Below, piece by piece: positions 9,800 through 12,639 of a stretch of DNA of 12,639 bases (positions are counted from its first letter, which is position 1; each line of letters begins with the position of its first letter). This stretch comes from Geosiphon pyriformis uo1. Its lineage: Eukaryota > Fungi > Glomeromycota. The stretch is taken from contig JAAOMT010000210.1 of NCBI GenBank assembly GCA_016748015.1, forward strand, positions 15,040-27,678, written 5' to 3'. The translations under genes and the position numbers were made by a program. The notes under the pieces were generated by a model. It worked only from the letters and a program-made list of their open reading frames with translations. It had not been told where the DNA came from and did not search any database.

Positions 9800-10000
9800 T
9801 CACGATTCTTGCTCTAACACGCGTGTCCATAGAGTAAAATCCATGGTTCGTAGTTACGCGCGTCTGATCGCATATATTCTATAAACGATAATTGCCTCGA
9901 CTAAAGTCGAGTTTTTCGCACGTGTTATATATGCTAATTTATCCGCTTCACGGAATCGGAGATAAGTCAGCGACTCGCGAAACCTTTGATTTCCTCTCCT
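9800..10000. promoter_or_regulatory. CpG-rich palindrome cluster, putative promoter with MCB/SCB-like boxes
   Basis: ACACGCGTGT 9817-9826, ACGCGCGT 9856-9863, CTCGACT-AA-AGTCGAG 9896-9911, CACGTG about 9919, CGCGAAA 9976-9982; lies upstream of the spliced gene. Function is inference. Confidence 0.4.
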
Positions 10001-10194
10001 TATACCAATTTATTTTTGTATATGTCCCTTCGAGTAAATAAAATACTGCTAAACCCGAGTTTCTGTGAAACAGATCTCATGTGCTACAGATATTGTGAAT
10101 AGTGCCGATCCGGACTTGCCAATCATAAGCTAGCTAGTAGACCCTGCTGATTGTTTTATGTTTATTCATCGTATTCAACAAAATTTTTGACTTT

Positions 10195-11542
10195 ATGAGA
10201 GATGAACCAGTGAAGCATATCACAGCAGGGTCAGTAATTTATATAGGCGCAGAAGACGATCAAACAATATCAAAAGATGAACTCTTAAAGCTGACAATTG
10301 ATGCAATTCGGTCCATGAAAAACATTGCTGGTGAAGATTCTGAACGCTTTAGAAAGATTTCTAATATTCCTTTAGAGGTTAGTTATTCTCTTTTTTAGAC
10401 ATTTTTTTATACATTATGATGACAACGCAGATATCACTTGACAAAGTCAAAATAAATACCCGAGCCTACAAGTACACAAGTTACGACTTTCGAACGTAGT
10501 GAAAGGTGTTTCGACTCCGTGGAGTAATATTTAGATAAGTTAGAGTCCTTGTGGCGGCCGAACAAGGATGACAACTTTAGGATATTTCTGATTGCGCGCG
10601 CAAATGGAGGGAGATAATATATACATTATCAAGTTATACTAACATAATATTATTCTGTGTCAGTTCGAATGTGCCTATGAAACCATCTGTAGTCTACGTG
10701 ATATCAAGGCGTTGAAGATGGTATGACGGATTACTTTTTGTAACAATAATATCTATGAATTTAAACTAATATGTATATGTGTAGAAAGAGTGAACAAGTT
10801 CTTCTTGATGATGATAGGATAAAGAAAAATATAAGATATTTACAAGGGAGACTTTTGAGCGATTCTTCTTCCCTTTCTGTGGAACTCTATGAAAGTATGA
10901 AAAATATTCCTATTAGAAATCTAACCTGGAAAGATCCTCTAGCTAGTCGAGTCATAAGTGATGATTCCATCATTGTAGGAAAGTTGTCACCTAAACAGCA
11001 TCAAAAGTTTATGGTAAGAATAACTTCGTTTTTCTTTGTTGTAATTAAAATTTTAATTAAATTGATGCTTCAACAGAAACGAGCACGTAATATGGTCGTC
11101 ACACTCCCAAACTCGATCCAAGATAAATGCCATAGCAGGTAAAGTCTTGGTACTGTAAGATTATTTCAGAACTTTTCATTGTTTGCCGATTTAATAACAA
11201 GTTATGATATTATAGGGACCGAGATCCAGTTGAATGTACTCATTAAGGACAATCTCGATATACACCGATATTATCATCTGAAAAAAACCCAAATTCCAAT
11301 ACAGTGGTCTGAACAAGCTTTATCGACCTTACCTGAATTTATTGAGCTATTGTTGAATTTACGGGTATTTATTCTAGTACATCAAATTTCATTTATGCGT
11401 ACAACAAAAGTAATTTTATTTTATATAGAATATCCTGGTCATTAATTTATCTCTGTTCATGCAAGTAGTCACAAGTAAAACACATCGTGTTGAAAAAAGT
11501 ACCACCGTATCATCGCCTAGAGAAGATCCAAGAAAACATTAG
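10195..11542 (+). pseudogene. Multi-exon pseudogene of an uncharacterised fungal protein family
   Basis: GT-AG introns at 10378-10430, 10721-10784, 11014-11076, 11139-11215 and 11365-11428, plus an acceptor at 10663 with no intact donor. The last exons splice in frame: IAG|TEIQLNVLIKDNLDIHRYYHLKKTQIPIQWS...LLLNLR|NILVINLSLF...RKH* (TAG 11540-11542). Upstream exons contain stops and frameshifts. True start uncertain. Confidence 0.7.
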
Positions 11543-11816
11543 GATCTATTAAGCATAGAAAAACCGCGTATTTTTAGAATATAGATAATATAGATGATTG
11601 CCTTGTATTTCTATTTGTAATAATAAAGAACTTGGTCATTTTATGTGTAATCGCGTTCGGTTATTTTTTTTCCAGATAATATGAAGCGCAGTCTGATTTA
11701 TCAGCCATATGATCTAGTGTAAAGTCGTGCAACCCAAAATAGATTTCACAAACATCTCTTATAATTGGAAGCATAATATCAAGCCCTACTCATCCAATTT
11801 AAAAGACGCGTTCTAT

Positions 11817-11889
11817 GAGTCGGAGACTCGCTCCTTATGGAAGGCACGGAGTGACATTGCTCTGCAATCCTCAAGTCTCACCGTGACGG
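11817..11889. repeat. Cluster of short GC-rich hairpins immediately 3' of the ATPase
   Basis: GAGTC-GGA-GACTC 11817-11829, ATTGC-TCT-GCAAT 11856-11868, CCGT-G-ACGG 11881-11889. Confidence 0.65.
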
Positions 11890-11892
11890 AAT

Positions 11893-12567
11893 CTAACTAT
11901 CAAGCTTTAATGGCTGGTCCCAACCTTTGCAAAGATAAAACGGGTCCTCTTTTGGTCTAGTCAAATCAATTACAACAAATTGCCGGCCTTGCAAATTTGT
12001 ACAATATAAATCCAGATTCTTTCTTATTAATTTTGTACAGTCGAAAAAACTTTGTGTTACGTAGATTGAACTAATGTTAGAGTGACGTCCTTCAGTGAAG
12101 TAAGGGACAATTTTCTCTTGTATTTTTTTAGGTTCAGTACATAGACCTTCAAATATAACCACTGTCCCTCTTTCGGGAGAAAACTCATCAATTTTTGGTA
12201 TTTTGTCAGGCTTCATTGATCGGAATGTAATATCTTCTCGATATGGCTTTGGACTATTTGAAATTATTCAGTAACAATCTTTCAGGTGTCTATATTTCGG
12301 CTCCTTAAGGTGATGTCCAATCAAAACCAGATCATCATTTTTAATATAGCATGTTTCACCTTTTTTCCCACTAAATATTCGATACATCTTGTTTCCAAGT
12401 AAAAGGCTGATAACTTCATTAGTTTTCCCCGATCTAGTTTGCCCTGAGACCACCATAGTGAACGGCCATTGGCATGTTGAATTTAATCCATTAAACCTCT
12501 CTGAGTGTTTGTATTCATCTACATTCAAAACTATTTTCTCAACTCGATCAAGCTTCATTCTAATCAA
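11893..12567 (-). pseudogene. A32-like (FtsK/HerA superfamily) viral DNA-packaging ATPase, disrupted by one in-frame TGA
   Basis: The two track ORFs share one frame ([25 protein letters not shown]; TGA 12268-12270). PF.M.VSG before Walker A GQTRSGKT (12421-12444), degenerate Walker B VVIFEG (12145-12162), arginine-finger and Gln motif [16 protein letters not shown] (GRH 12082-12090), IRKN, and C-terminal FVVIDLT. ATG at 12558. Confidence 0.88.
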
Positions 12568-12639
12568 GATAAGTACTAGATATTAGATCGAAAAATAAAG
12601 ATCTTTATTGCTATATATTTACCGAATTTTTTATTTGCA

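Larger units (their letters stand above)
9300..12639. mobile_element. Candidate fragment of an endogenous Polinton/adintovirus-like (Bamfordvirae-type) element; runs off the right edge
   Basis: Compact intronless A32-like ATPase, TET/JBP-like gene, hairpin elements, and an abrupt GC/CpG rise. No capsid, pPolB, integrase or terminal repeat is visible, so the extent is unproven. Confidence 0.5.

Noticed and set aside
11727-11960. 77-aa plus-strand ORF
   Set aside because: GTG start, runs through the hairpin cluster and antisense into the ATPase end; no recognisable motif.
12268-12270. TGA as Trp (genetic code 4, endobacterial or mitochondrial origin) or programmed readthrough
   Set aside because: The gene uses TGG for Trp, has other apparent lesions, and neighbours a spliceosomal-intron gene; CGA-to-TGA decay is simpler.
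12389-12586. 65-aa plus-strand ORF
   Set aside because: Antisense shadow of the ATPase.

Overview
Repeat-rich eukaryotic DNA, probably fungal. Short GT-AG introns and the repeat families suggest Glomeromycotina/Mucoromycota; this is inference from recalled similarity, not a search. No intact gene is seen. There are three compartments. (1) A full-length but heavily transition-mutated L1-like LINE on the minus strand (about 760-8045). It has a 15-bp target-site duplication, a poly(A) tail, an ORF1 with RRM-like domains and a CCHC knuckle, and an ORF2 with APE endonuclease, RT and RNase H. A 905-bp solo LTR (5922-6826, TGTTAC...GTAACA, ACAG TSD) is nested in ORF1. (2) Extremely AT-rich flanks (1-744, 8061-9300). 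(3) A sharply more GC- and CpG-rich block (about 9300 to the window end). It holds a truncated TET/JBP-like 2OG-Fe(II) dioxygenase, a spliced pseudogene of unknown function, triloop mini-hairpin clusters, and a disrupted A32/FtsK-type viral DNA-packaging ATPase. The most interesting candidate is this last block: a possible endogenous Polinton/adintovirus-like element carrying a cytosine-oxidising enzyme, with CpG preserved right beside retroelements that have lost nearly all CpG.
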